From Histomonas meleagridis 2922-C6/04-290x (Eukaryota > Protista > Parabasalia): 64,000 nt of DNA. This document shows, piece by piece, positions 44,042 to 55,558 of this stretch (position 1 is its first letter; each line of letters starts with the position of its first letter). The translations under genes were made by a program, and so were the position numbers. Location: assembly GCA_020184695.1 (NCBI GenBank), contig JAANOX010000269.1, positions 250,022 to 314,021 on the forward strand. Direction: 5' to 3'. The notes beneath the pieces were generated by a model, which was given only the letters and a program-made list of their open reading frames with translations, did not search any database and had not been told where the DNA came from.

Positions 44042-47000
44042 ATGTTGGTATATTTTTTGACGATTCTCAACATTTTTAATTATATTCCAGATGAATATAA
44101 AAGCCTTTCACAAAAAGCAAGAGAACAAGTCCGTCTCCGTGTTGTCAAGAGTGATCGTGAGCCAATATATAAGAAAGGATATTATTCTCAAAAAGGAATT
44201 GACTTTTATCTGACCACAAACTTAATGAGTTCAACATCCAAAGGAATCAAAGGTTATGCTTTTGATAATGAAACCAAATCCATAGCAATCATACCTAATC
44301 GAAAGAAAGTTCTTTCTGATGATGCTGACATAAAGACAGGTTCATTTGTTGAACCAATAACAAAAGATATATATAAACTTTATAAAGTTGCTGATGATGG
44401 TGAAGTTCAAATATTTAAAACCAAAAAATTAGATAAATTACATGTTTTTAGGAATCTTCATTTATATACATCTCAACCAAATAATAATAAAGATACAACG
44501 AATGAAGAGGAAGAAGAAGAATCAAATGAAAATATAGGATGGACAATTGGATATACTCCAGAGGACAAAACTACAGGATTATCAACAGCTTATTTAGGAT
44601 ATCGTTACTATTGGAATAAACCAGAGGTAGGAGAAGATGCATTTGAATTAGGTCCAATTGAACAAAACTTTATAGTTTTTTCGGTAAGTGCAGGTGCTTA
44701 TGCTCAAATCTTTACATCATTCGATTTTCAAATGGAAGATGCAAGTTTTAACATTGAAGCAGATATTGATTTAAGTGCAATGGCTGGATTAGGATTTACA
44801 TTACTTCCAGACAATAATCCTGATGATTTAACATTTGGGAAAGATGTTCCAATTTATGCTATTCCTTCTCTATCAATGTATGGCATTAAATTTAAACTTG
44901 GAATTTATGGATTTGTAGAAATAGGTTTCGCAAATATTGAATATAAACTAATACAATTACTAAAATATGATTATAGAATTAAGTTAAGCCAAAAATATCA
45001 TATTAAATATTCATCAAAAGATGATCATTTTGAAATTACACCAACAAATCCTACATTTGAAACAGTCAAAAACCAACAAAAACAAGAAGAAATCACAAAA
45101 GAAGATATTAATGGTATGTATCTAAAAATTACACCACGTATCGATGTTGGTATTAAAGCTACTATTAATATAGGTTCGGAAATGATTTCATCTGAAGGAG
45201 AATTAACAGCAAGTATGTTTATTCGTTATGAAGTTCCATTTGATTTTGGTTTTGATTCATCTAAATGCACATTTCCTTATCTTTATGGACAATACAAACA
45301 TAGTCTTTCATTTAATTTTAGAATCTTTGGGAAGTTAAATTTATTAGGTTTTATTGATTGGGAAAAAGAATTTTTGATACCAATAAATATATTTACATCA
45401 AAACCTTCAGGACAATTTTGTATTTTTGATTCACAAAATTCTATCGATAAGAAATTTTTGAACTATTATGGTGATTCTGTATATGTTATACAACCAACTT
45501 CAATTCGACTTTGTGATGATTGTCAACAATCATCATCATCTGAAGCAGAATCTTTTTTCATATATTTAAATTTCTTACAATATGGATCAACTATAACAAA
45601 AACATTTTCATTACCACGTGTTGAATTATTAAATAGTCAAACAAAAACATTAAATCGTTTATTTGTAATATCAAATGGAAATTCATATAGCAAATTAAAT
45701 TATGAAGGTTATGAAGAAGATTTATTTTTAGATGATAATCTTGCAACTTTTACAAGTTTTCCTTTACAAACAGGAATTAATGAATATTGTGGTGATGATG
45801 ATTCATTTTATTTAAAGACTGGCGTTTGCATTAAAACTCAAATTTCGGAAGCTACAAAAGTTGATTTATCAGAAGAATTTGAAAAGCCAATAAATTCGAA
45901 TTATATTGCATATCAAGGGGATGTTTCTGATAGTGATTATATTGGAATTATTACACATTCTGAAGGAACTCCATATTCATCAGGATTAAAAGGATTTCAA
46001 ATATTTGATGATGCTGTTTCAACAATAGAAGAAACTCAAGAAGGAGAATATTCTGGCAAAAATCCATATAAAGTATTAATTAAGAATTTTAATGTTGGTG
46101 GTTATACAATGGATAGTGTAAATTTAGGAATAAAACTTTGTAAAGATATTGATTCGAATTGTATTACATTACAAAATAAATCATATACGGATTTTCCAGC
46201 TGGAAATAATTTTGATAAATATGAACCTGTTTTATATTTAGGAAAAGAATTTAATACAAAGAATAATTATAATGCTGTTGTAACAATTGATATAAAATAT
46301 AAACATAGTATTTTTAATTCATATTCAATTTCATTAAAAAATACAATGTATTTAAGAGCAATAACTCCACTTAAATCACACACTTATAATTTTGAAGGTA
46401 CAATTGAAGCTAATGGTGATCCTTTTTCATTTGATATTGTATTTGAAAAATATACCCCAACAATTGTTATGAATGTTGCAAATCTACCTAAAAATACACG
46501 CGCTATTGTAACAAGAGTTTTTTCTGCTCCTCGGTATGACCTTGACAATTGGGGAGATGTTTCAATATCATTAACAATGGCGCCTTCCGAAATATATGGA
46601 ACAATTCGATTCTTTGGTGAATTTGGAGAGTTATTTTCAACAGTTAAAGATAAAATAAATTTAGCCTGTATAATTAAAATGCCAGGATTACAACCATTAT
46701 GTGAAGGAGTAACCTTAATTAATGAAGATGAATATGTTATAGTTTTAAAGGAAGAAAGTACATTATTTTCAATGGAAGATAGTAAAATTTGGTTACAAAA
46801 ATTACATTCTATTAATATTCCATTTAGAAGATATGATAGTAAAACAACTCAAAGTTATACCGCTACATTGACAGCTATTTTTTCGATTAGTGATATTAAA
46901 AATCCATTTTGTTCAGTAACTACACCTTCTGTTGGTTATACTGGCTTAAATTTACATAGTGGTTGTATTCAACAAATTGAAAAACGAACACAATTCGTTA

Positions 47001-48295
47001 TATCTATACAGGCAAATTCATTTGTTTTAAATAAATGGAATTCTGATTATATATATCAAAAAGATTATAAATGGGTTATTAGAAGTGGAATTGCTACATC
47101 TCAAGATACTTCAAATTCATATAAATACAATTTATATACAAGAGATTTATATACAGGTTTTCAAGAAAATCAAGCATCAATAATGTTTCCAGCAAGAAAT
47201 GTACGTGATATCTTAAAGACTCCAAATCATAAATTATACTTTAAGGATAATCATTCGATTTCTGTTATTGATGGAATTAATGTTATTGATCTTTCTAAAG
47301 ATTCTGATGGTGATTATTTCTATACTTTAAGTGATAACATTATAAAGGATTATACTTTTGTAAGAAAATGTATAACTAAAGAAGAAGCAAATTGTATGAC
47401 AAATATAAAATTAGGAAATAATATCCAATTAATAACTTATGACGACACTGGTAAAATTAATGATTTCGATTTGGATGAAAGCTCAAATATAAATTCCATA
47501 AAATTAAATAGTAATTTTAAATCACAAATTGTTTCTGGTAGAGATTTTGTTCAATTTTCTAAATCATGGAAAGGTTCTGTTTCCACAAAAATAATTGAAG
47601 GCGCTTCTAAATTAACTGTTAAAGCAATTGAATTAACAAATCAAATTAAATTATTTGCTTCTATTACGATAAATGATGTTGATGAAGAAATCCCATTTAG
47701 TGCAAACAAATGGTATACAAGCATTGAAGATTTTCTGCGTGCATTAAAAGTTAAAGAATCAAATGATGGATATACATTAGAGAACATAAAGATGGAATTG
47801 GATGGAACAATTTTAATTCCAAAATATCTTTATCAATATGGAGAAGTAGTTGATTATGAAAAAGTGGTGGATTATCCTCTGGGAAATATCCAATGTGTGA
47901 CTGATTATCCAAGATTTGATATTTCTGAAACTTCATCAATTATATCATCATCAGTAGAAACATCTTCAATAATATCTTCATCAGTAGAAACTTCATCAAT
48001 TATATCATCATCAGTAGAAACATCTTCAATAATATCATCATCAGTAGAAACATCTTCAATAATATCTTCATCAGTAGAAACATATGCAACAACAATTAAT
48101 GAAGAAGATAAAACAAATGAAGAGAATCAGGATATTGAAAGCGGAGGACTTGATGGTGGAGCAATTGCAGGAATAGTTATTGCCGTTATTGTTGTTGTTG
48201 TTGCTTGTGCTGCAGGAGTCATTTTTTACATTCATAAGAAAAAGATGCAGAAGCATACTTCAACAAGTTCTGATCAAAATAAACAAATAATTTGA
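44042..48295 (+). CDS. Large type I surface protein of unknown function with Ser-rich stalk
   Basis: 1417 aa; N-terminal hydrophobic leader, (ETSSIISSSV)x5, then GGAIAGIVIAVIVVVVACAAGVIFYI TM and a basic tail. Confidence 0.8.
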   Translation: MLVYFLTILNIFNYIPDEYKSLSQKAREQVRLRVVKSDREPIYKKGYYSQKGIDFYLTTNLMSSTSKGIKGYAFDNETKSIAIIPNRKKVLSDDADIKTGSFVEPITKDIYKLYKVADDGEVQIFKTKKLDKLHVFRNLHLYTSQPNNNKDTTNEEEEEESNENIGWTIGYTPEDKTTGLSTAYLGYRYYWNKPEVGEDAFELGPIEQNFIVFSVSAGAYAQIFTSFDFQMEDASFNIEADIDLSAMAGLGFTLLPDNNPDDLTFGKDVPIYAIPSLSMYGIKFKLGIYGFVEIGFANIEYKLIQLLKYDYRIKLSQKYHIKYSSKDDHFEITPTNPTFETVKNQQKQEEITKEDINGMYLKITPRIDVGIKATINIGSEMISSEGELTASMFIRYEVPFDFGFDSSKCTFPYLYGQYKHSLSFNFRIFGKLNLLGFIDWEKEFLIPINIFTSKPSGQFCIFDSQNSIDKKFLNYYGDSVYVIQPTSIRLCDDCQQSSSSEAESFFIYLNFLQYGSTITKTFSLPRVELLNSQTKTLNRLFVISNGNSYSKLNYEGYEEDLFLDDNLATFTSFPLQTGINEYCGDDDSFYLKTGVCIKTQISEATKVDLSEEFEKPINSNYIAYQGDVSDSDYIGIITHSEGTPYSSGLKGFQIFDDAVSTIEETQEGEYSGKNPYKVLIKNFNVGGYTMDSVNLGIKLCKDIDSNCITLQNKSYTDFPAGNNFDKYEPVLYLGKEFNTKNNYNAVVTIDIKYKHSIFNSYSISLKNTMYLRAITPLKSHTYNFEGTIEANGDPFSFDIVFEKYTPTIVMNVANLPKNTRAIVTRVFSAPRYDLDNWGDVSISLTMAPSEIYGTIRFFGEFGELFSTVKDKINLACIIKMPGLQPLCEGVTLINEDEYVIVLKEESTLFSMEDSKIWLQKLHSINIPFRRYDSKTTQSYTATLTAIFSISDIKNPFCSVTTPSVGYTGLNLHSGCIQQIEKRTQFVISIQANSFVLNKWNSDYIYQKDYKWVIRSGIATSQDTSNSYKYNLYTRDLYTGFQENQASIMFPARNVRDILKTPNHKLYFKDNHSISVIDGINVIDLSKDSDGDYFYTLSDNIIKDYTFVRKCITKEEANCMTNIKLGNNIQLITYDDTGKINDFDLDESSNINSIKLNSNFKSQIVSGRDFVQFSKSWKGSVSTKIIEGASKLTVKAIELTNQIKLFASITINDVDEEIPFSANKWYTSIEDFLRALKVKESNDGYTLENIKMELDGTILIPKYLYQYGEVVDYEKVVDYPLGNIQCVTDYPRFDISETSSIISSSVETSSIISSSVETSSIISSSVETSSIISSSVETSSIISSSVETYATTINEEDKTNEENQDIESGGLDGGAIAGIVIAVIVVVVACAAGVIFYIHKKKMQKHTSTSSDQNKQII
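47927..48080 (+). repeat. 30-nt coding tandem repeat (ETSSIISSSV) x5
   Basis: Repeated gaaacatcttcaataatatcatcatcagta units. Confidence 0.85.
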
Positions 48296-48849
48296 TCTTT
48301 TTTCTTCCATATATTATTTTAATTTAGAAATGTTTAATCGATTTTAAATATAATGACAATTTAAAATAACATCAAATTTGATGATAACAATTAAAAAATG
48401 GCATATCAGATCATTGTTTCAATATATTTATTTATATTTATCGAATAAACATTTATCTGAATACGAATGTATAAAACAAAACAAAAATCAAATGAGTGTG
48501 TTCTCGAAAAATTACTTAAACTCGTGGTATATGGCAGTAAACTCCAGTATCACCGTTGAACAAGCAAGATCCACAGGTGATGCACTCGGATCCTATATCA
48601 CAATTAGGTATAAAGCCATTAACATTAAGTTTGTCTGAGACAGAAAATGATTCCGTGTAATTGCAGTAACAATTTCATCAATAATACGTGCGCAATTTTG
48701 GCCAAAATAAAATAATTAAGTTTACCATTTCGTTCGTTGCCAATTTTTTTGAATTTTTTCACCGATAGAGATTTTTGAATTTTTTTTAATCGGAAACAAA
48801 AAAATGCTTGTGTAAGAAATGTGATGTGACAAAATATAATACTTAGCAA

Positions 48850-51800
48850 ATGGGGGGATCCGCATCAAATACAAAACTACCAGATTTTAAAGGAAACATA
48901 AGTTTAGCCATTAAAGACAGCAAAAAAATTTTATGTAAGCAATCTAATTTTACTACTTTTGATGAACTCCTCCAATATCTGAGAAAAAATTCACATGTTT
49001 CCAAATGCCAAGCTTCTTGGTTGCGTCCAAAAATTTCTGTTCATTGTCTACAATGTCAAATACATACGAATAGTTGTATATGTCTTCAATGTTATTTAAA
49101 TGGTGACCATGAGGGGCATTCTATCTATGTTAATACTACATCCACAGGAAATTGTGATTGTGGTGACCCAGATTTATGGAAGCCATCTGGGTATTGTGCC
49201 AATCATCGAAGTCAATCCCAACCTTCAACAATAGAAATACCAAAACCTATATTAGACCTTCTTCACATCATTTTTAAGTCTGCTGTTTCTCGACTTCCTT
49301 ATCTTGCCAAAACACAACCGAATGATTTAATCGAATTAATTGATTGGCTTATTCAATTTTGCGAAATTGGAGATTCTTATCGACGGTACATAGTCACCTT
49401 TCTTACACAAGGCACCATTATTCATGATCTCATTGAATCAGGAGTAAGTTCCACCCCAGATGGAGTTCGATCAATACTTCACTTGTTTGGTAGCTGTATA
49501 AATGACTCAATTTTCAAGTTAAAGTATGCTGAAGCATGTTTTGATACATACAACAACATTGTTAAGACAATCTTTCGTTTAATGAAAGCGAAAAAAGATT
49601 CATATAAGAACTTAAATTCATTCATGGAATTTACATTTCATTCATTTACAGGTGACGAAATATTCGCATGCATTGATTTAGATCAATTTGATTGGTGTTC
49701 GTTTTATCTCGATCTTATTTCTACAATTCAAAATGAACAATTATCTTTTGTTAAACGAAATGATCTTCTAAAATGTGAAATATCTTCAACAGAATCAACT
49801 ATCACTGGATTAGGTCGAATATTTGAAAAAACTGATCAAAGTTACGATTCAGTTCGCCAAAAATTCATTGAAGGATTTACTGGAATATTACTTAATGAAA
49901 ATTCGGATTTATTTACAAACATACATCAAAAAACAGATGAAAATGATTTCTATCCATATATATCATATAATTTATATATGACAACTTTCTTTGATTCACT
50001 TGAAAAATGTAAAAATTTAGATATAACAAAAGTATTACTTAGAATAGAAACATATTTAAAGAAAGTATATAGAAATAAACCTGCGCAATCACTGTTTAAC
50101 TTTTGTCAAATTTGAATTTCATTATTTTTCTCTCCTTCGACATTTCTTGGAACTCTTCTTCATCAACAAGGTGATAATGCATTGACAATATTAAAAAATA
50201 CAATTAATGATGTTGATAACTTTTTAATTCTTGCTTCATTGAATGTACAACGTCTTCTTTCTTCTCTTTACTTTAATTCTCATAGATTAATTGTCAATAA
50301 TTTCGGATTAAAATTTTTCATTGCTTTAATGCGTCTTCTTGGAAATGAATTTTCACAACTTTTCGTTACATTACAAATGTGTATGGGATATACAACTGAT
50401 AAAGAATTGTTTTTAAATAATATTGCTCGCACTATTGGAATTTTTGATTTTCCTCCAAAATTTGACTTACTTTTCTTTATATTTATACATTTAGTTTCAA
50501 CATTAATTACTGATAGACTTTATATTAATAATCGCCAACGTGAAATAACACAACAAAAAATAATTTCGAAACTTTTATTTAAACAAAAACCTTTTCAATC
50601 ATTAGAAAAAATTATACGTCGTTTAACAATTCAAGAAAATAATGAACTAAAGGAAATGTTATCTGAGATAACAACATCATCACCTTCTACAAATGGAATT
50701 CTTTTTAAATTAAAGTCACATGAATTATGGAATCCTATTTCTCCACTTGATTTTTCAAATAAAACACTTTCGAAATATACTAAATACATTGCAAAGTTTC
50801 CAAATAATTTAATGCCATTTAAACCATTTGAAGAAGAACCTTTTGGTTTAGATCTTCATTCATATCTTTTCACACCTACGTTACTTGCTATTGAATATTA
50901 TATATTGATGCAAAATAATTCGCAAGAAACAAATCAACTTGTATTAAATTTATTATTAATAGCATCGAAATTACGTGATAAAACTAAGAAAATTGAAATT
51001 GATGAAAAACCAATAATCGTAAGTAATTTAGAACAACTTACAGAAGATATGCCAACAGAATTCGAATCTGCAATAAAACAAAAATTCATATTCATAAGTA
51101 ATTCTCCACAATCAATTGTAGATTTGGTTGCTTCATTAGGAAAATTAGGACTTAATGTCCTTAAAGAAATGGATATATCATATGTCGATAAAGAAGATAA
51201 AACACAAAATGAAACTAAAACAAGAAGTAGTCGAGCATCTGATTTACGTGCATCAATAATGCGAAACTTTAATAACAAAATTCAACAATTTGAAAAAGGT
51301 AATGTTACAATTAATGAAAGTAACATTAAAGAAAATTCTTGTGAAGTATGTTCAGTATGTAATGTACAAATAGAAGATGAAATACTTTGTTATCCAATGT
51401 TTATATATTTATCTAGTGTCCCAGTTAGATATGATTATACATTTGTAGATAGAGTAATTTGTTTTAATATTTGTAAGCATTTATTACATCATACATGCCG
51501 TGGTGGTATATGTCCAATTGATCGAATACTTAAAAATTGTTATTTACCAAAACTTGATGATATAAACGATTTGACTCAACCAAAAGTATTAAATATTGTT
51601 AGTGCATTTGGGAAAACTTTAGCAGCAGATGAAGAAATGGGTCATATAGTATTAGGGTTAAGTAGTTTATTAGTAATATATGAAGTAAGATCACGTGCAA
51701 ATCCTTCAGCACTTGATCCAGATAAATATTTTCTTCTTGCACGGAACTTATTTCTAAATTTACGCGTTTTATATCAAATGGGTACAAAAATGAGCAGTCA

Positions 51801-52464
51801 AATATCACAATTCCAATATTTCATATCGGATTTAATAACAAGTAAAGTGCCAGAGAAAGAAATAAAAGAAATAGCACGAAAATATACGAGAACATTAAAA
51901 GGAGAAAAGTTACAACTTTTCTTAAGAAGAGTTCGTATTACGGAATATTTCGTATTAGGAATTGGGCATGCACAATATATAGATTGGGATGAACTACTTT
52001 CAAATGAACAACTTTGTTTATATTATAATGTTATTTGGGATAAAAATGAATATGATATGATACCATTTACTTTAACAAAATTACCGAAAAATTATTTGCG
52101 ATTCGGCGCTGAACCTTTTAATTTGGATGAACAAATTTCTACGTCTGAAGTAAGATACTTCTTGAGTTTATTGGATGGAAAAGTTTTGGAAGAAAGAAAA
52201 ATATTCGAATACATGAATAATTCGAAAGACGATTTCATTCTGTTAATGAACTTAAACTCAAAACATTCCCAAATTAATATATTGATGGAGAAATTTTTCC
52301 CATCGTTGTTTAAGGTGCCTTCGGTGTATTTGGATTTCTTGGGTAACGAAGGGATAGGATTCGTAAATGGTTTCGAACTGTTCTTGTCTGAGGAAAAGTA
52401 TGAAAAACTCGCTGACGATTTCTTGTCAGGTGAAATAATCAAATACGTGGAATTAGTCGATTAA
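48850..52464 (+). CDS. UBR-box/RING N-recognin E3 ubiquitin ligase interrupted by one in-frame TGA (50113-50115)
   Basis: UBR box (C..C..NSCICLQCYLNGDHEGH..GNCDCGDPDLWK..GYC..H) in the first ORF and RING (CSVC..CKHLLH..C..CPID) in the second. Both ORFs are in the same frame with only a TGA between them. Confidence 0.75.
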
Positions 52465-52899
52465 TATGTAAATAATATTAAGTTTTCGGTTAGTCACTCG
52501 ATTGTGAGCTTTACTCATACGATATCCTTTAATGTAATTTGATCGGCATGTGAATTGAGTATGTTTGGGAAATCAGTGGTTTGATCATTTTAGATACGAA
52601 CTGTATAAATATGTAATTAATAATATTTTATATTTTAAAAAATTATTGAATACAACAACTTATATGAAAATATTATAATTATAGAATTATACAAATTTAT
52701 TAAAAAAAATATCTTTCATATAAAGTTTCATGAAATAATTATCATTGTCATCGTTTTGCTTCATCTTTAAATTCTTAAGAACAACTTTAAGTACTGTTGT
52801 ACTTCGGGGATACTTGTTTTATATACAAATATTTCTTAATTTTGTCATTTGGGTATCAAAAGATTTAAAAATTTCTTTAAATACATTTTATTTATTAAG

Positions 52900-53004
52900 T
52901 AAAGTGGTTGCAGAAAGGTTTCCCAAACACCTCAGTTTTTGAATATAAATCCGATGATTTTTCATTCGATTCTATCGTTGAGAAACCTTTCTGCAACCAC
53001 TTTA
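52900..53004. mobile_element. Putative MITE / hairpin element with ~25-bp terminal inverted repeats flanked by TA
   Basis: TAAAGTGGTTGCAGAAAGGTTTCCCAA (52900-52926) pairs with TTGAGAAACCTTTCTGCAACCACTTTA (52978-53004) at 26/27 positions. Confidence 0.65.
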
Positions 53005-53163
53005 TATAATATATTTATTTGACTTATAATTGAATGCAAATGTTTAAAATTCATAAAGAAATAATCATCGATTTATGGTTCTTTAAAATTGATATTTTTG
53101 CCCATTATAAAAACAATTTATTAAATCTAAACATATGTGAAAAAAACATCACAGGTATAGTTC

Positions 53164-53697
53164 TTAGAATGTTTGGTGGACATATTTAGGATCGTATGAG
53201 CTGGAGTGAATGATGTTGCTTTTCATTTCAAAATGTGAATCAGTTTCGTTTTTTTTGTATGGCGTAATTTTGTGCCTTCGATAAGTTTTTGTTGAAGGGT
53301 TCAAGGAATTTCGGATTTTTCCTCTTGAACGTAACTCTCTTGATTTAACCCAAAAATTTCTTCTTGAGATATTTTGTCTATCTTTGATTCCTTTGCGAAC
53401 CAATAAAATGTTTGATCCTGGTGTTAGGTAGTAGGTGTCCAAAGTAGAATTACCATCAATGGAACCATTTTTCGAAATCAAATAAAATTCATTTACTTTA
53501 AGTGGATGTATCTTTTCTTGAATTTTGTCGCGAAGATCATTTACTGTTTCAAGGTGATTATATTCAACTTCAAATTTAGTAATATCAGGAAGATGAATAA
53601 TTAATGAACCTTCTGGTTCCAAAGCTAGTGGAACCACATTAACATTTTGTAGGTGGTAATCAAATTGTTGCTCAAAAGGTTTTTCTGAAGATTCCAT
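53164..53697 (-). CDS. Ubiquitin-like domain protein with basic tail
   Basis: TVNDLRDKIQEK..YL..NG..DGNSTLDTY.LTPGS.ILLV is a Ubl-like pattern. Confidence 0.55.
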   Translation of the reverse strand: MESSEKPFEQQFDYHLQNVNVVPLALEPEGSLIIHLPDITKFEVEYNHLETVNDLRDKIQEKIHPLKVNEFYLISKNGSIDGNSTLDTYYLTPGSNILLVRKGIKDRQNISRRNFWVKSRELRSRGKIRNSLNPSTKTYRRHKITPYKKNETDSHFEMKSNIIHSSSYDPKYVHQTF

Positions 53698-53781
53698 AGT
53701 TTGCTTTGGTTGAGAAATTTTTAAATTCTCACTATGGTGAAGGGCACCCCAAAACGTTAAAAATTTCCATTAGATAAATTA

Positions 53782-54501
53782 TCAAACATCCTTTCTTGGA
53801 ATCACAGGAAAGTTTAGAAGCGTTTGTACTTTTTTCTTTTTTTGATTGTTACTCTTAGAAATTTCTTCAATTTCCTGTTTTGCAAGAGTTTTTACATCTT
53901 CACTACATTCTCTTTTCTTTTTCTTTTTTCTTTTTTTTAAACTTCCGTTTTTTTCTCTAAGCAAAGTTCGAACCAAAATTTCAGATGAAAGTATTTCTGT
54001 TATTTCAGTGGATGTTATCCGAGACAAAATATTAAGGATTGGTTGCCGTTCAATTCCTTCAACATCAGCAATGATTACAATTATTGAGGCATAAGTAGCT
54101 GGATGATCAAGCTTACTATTTGGAAACATATCTTTAATTTCTTCATAAATTTGCTGTGAATCATTTACAAAATGTAATGGAAGATTACATTCTGTGACTA
54201 ATTGTTGAAAAGATGGAGAATCTTGAAATGTTAATGATTTTCTTATCTGTGAAACTTTTGAAATTAACCCATTATACGTGAGACCAGACATCTCCGAGAT
54301 TTTTAAAAGACGTTGTTTTGTTTCAAGATTATATCTATAAAGTGAAAGAGCAACACAAGCTCCAACATGATTTGAAATATTTAGATGTTCAATGTTTTTA
54401 CAATAATCATGTGCAGTGTTTGATACCTTTATCCGGTCTTCAAGGTTATCTAACAAACACTCTCTAACATAAGGTGCAATGATCATTTTCTTGGAAGTCA
54501 T
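53782..54501 (-). CDS. Possible ORC6-like (TFIIB/cyclin-fold) protein
   Basis: KISEMSGL, SFQQLVTECN and KLDHPATYASII resemble ORC6 IKLSGL, IRDLAVQFS and DLSRPLFTSAAL. Basic KKRKKKKK segment. Confidence 0.4.
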   Translation of the reverse strand: MTSKKMIIAPYVRECLLDNLEDRIKVSNTAHDYCKNIEHLNISNHVGACVALSLYRYNLETKQRLLKISEMSGLTYNGLISKVSQIRKSLTFQDSPSFQQLVTECNLPLHFVNDSQQIYEEIKDMFPNSKLDHPATYASIIVIIADVEGIERQPILNILSRITSTEITEILSSEILVRTLLREKNGSLKKRKKKKKRECSEDVKTLAKQEIEEISKSNNQKKKKVQTLLNFPVIPRKDV

Positions 54502-54889
54502 TTTAAAAAGTGTTTCCAAAAAAACAAATAAATTGAAACAACAATCTTTGGTCTTATGAAAAAATAGTGCAATCGTATGTTTTTATATTAAAAAAGTAAT
54601 GAGCTTTCACCCACAAATATTTCGACCGATTAAAACAAACAGAAAGATCAATTTCTAAACGTTCATTTCTCATGTTTGCGGTTTTGATATAAATTATTGA
54701 AATATTTGAACCATTTGGTCGTTCCTCTGGGGCGTTTGAGTGTTTTATTTTGGGATTGGGAAGAAGTGCGATCAAATACTTTTGTGAAGAAAGTGATAAA
54801 ATTGACAACTATCGCCAAAAAATAATTCAAAAATTCCGAAGTCGATTGAAAAAACGGATGTAAGGTTGTCAATCTAGAAAAATCAAGAA

Positions 54890-55504
54890 ATGGGGAACTC
54901 AGAATCTAATTCTAACTCAGAATCTGTTCTTGATGGAAATATCAATCCAGAATACCTAAAAAAATTACACGAACAAGGGATTAAATTTACTTCTCAAGAA
55001 ATCATTCATTTAGTCAATAAATACCGTGAATTAGCAGGTACAGAAGACCTTGGTGGAGATGGAAGAATTGATGAGGAAGAGTTTATAACTAAGATGAAAA
55101 TACCTAACGAAAAAATTGGGAAAATTATGTATAAAATGCTTGATTCTGATGGAAATGGAACATTAGATTTCAATGAATTTATCACAGGTCTTAATAACTT
55201 CTTGCCAGAGGCTCCTATAGAAGAAAAAGCCCATCTTTGCTTCAGAGCTTATGATAGTGATGGAAGTGGTACAATTTCTAAAGAAGAAATTCGTTCTATG
55301 GTCGAAATATCTTTAGAAAATAATCAACTAATGAGTATGGATGATGAACATTTGGACAAATTAATAGCAGATGTTTTTGAAGAATATGATAAAGATGGAA
55401 CAGGAGAACTAACCGAAGACGAATTTTTAGAATTAATGAAGAAAGCGCCAAATGTTCTAGATATCTTTGAAATTGATGTTGCAGCACTAATTTCTGAATC
55501 CTAA
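54890..55504 (+). CDS. Myristoylated EF-hand protein (calcineurin B/NCS-like)
   Basis: MGNSES N-terminus; EF loops DSDGNGTLDFNE, DSDGSGTISKEE and DKDGTGELTEDE. Confidence 0.88.
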   Translation: MGNSESNSNSESVLDGNINPEYLKKLHEQGIKFTSQEIIHLVNKYRELAGTEDLGGDGRIDEEEFITKMKIPNEKIGKIMYKMLDSDGNGTLDFNEFITGLNNFLPEAPIEEKAHLCFRAYDSDGSGTISKEEIRSMVEISLENNQLMSMDDEHLDKLIADVFEEYDKDGTGELTEDEFLELMKKAPNVLDIFEIDVAALISES

Positions 55505-55558
55505 ACAATATAAAGAAAATATCTTACAAATTATTTATTACATGGAAAAGAATAACAA

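Noticed and set aside
48575-48640. Box C/D snoRNA (GTGATGC...CTGA)
   Set aside because: Box C is imperfect, there is no terminal stem, and I could not match a guide to rRNA.
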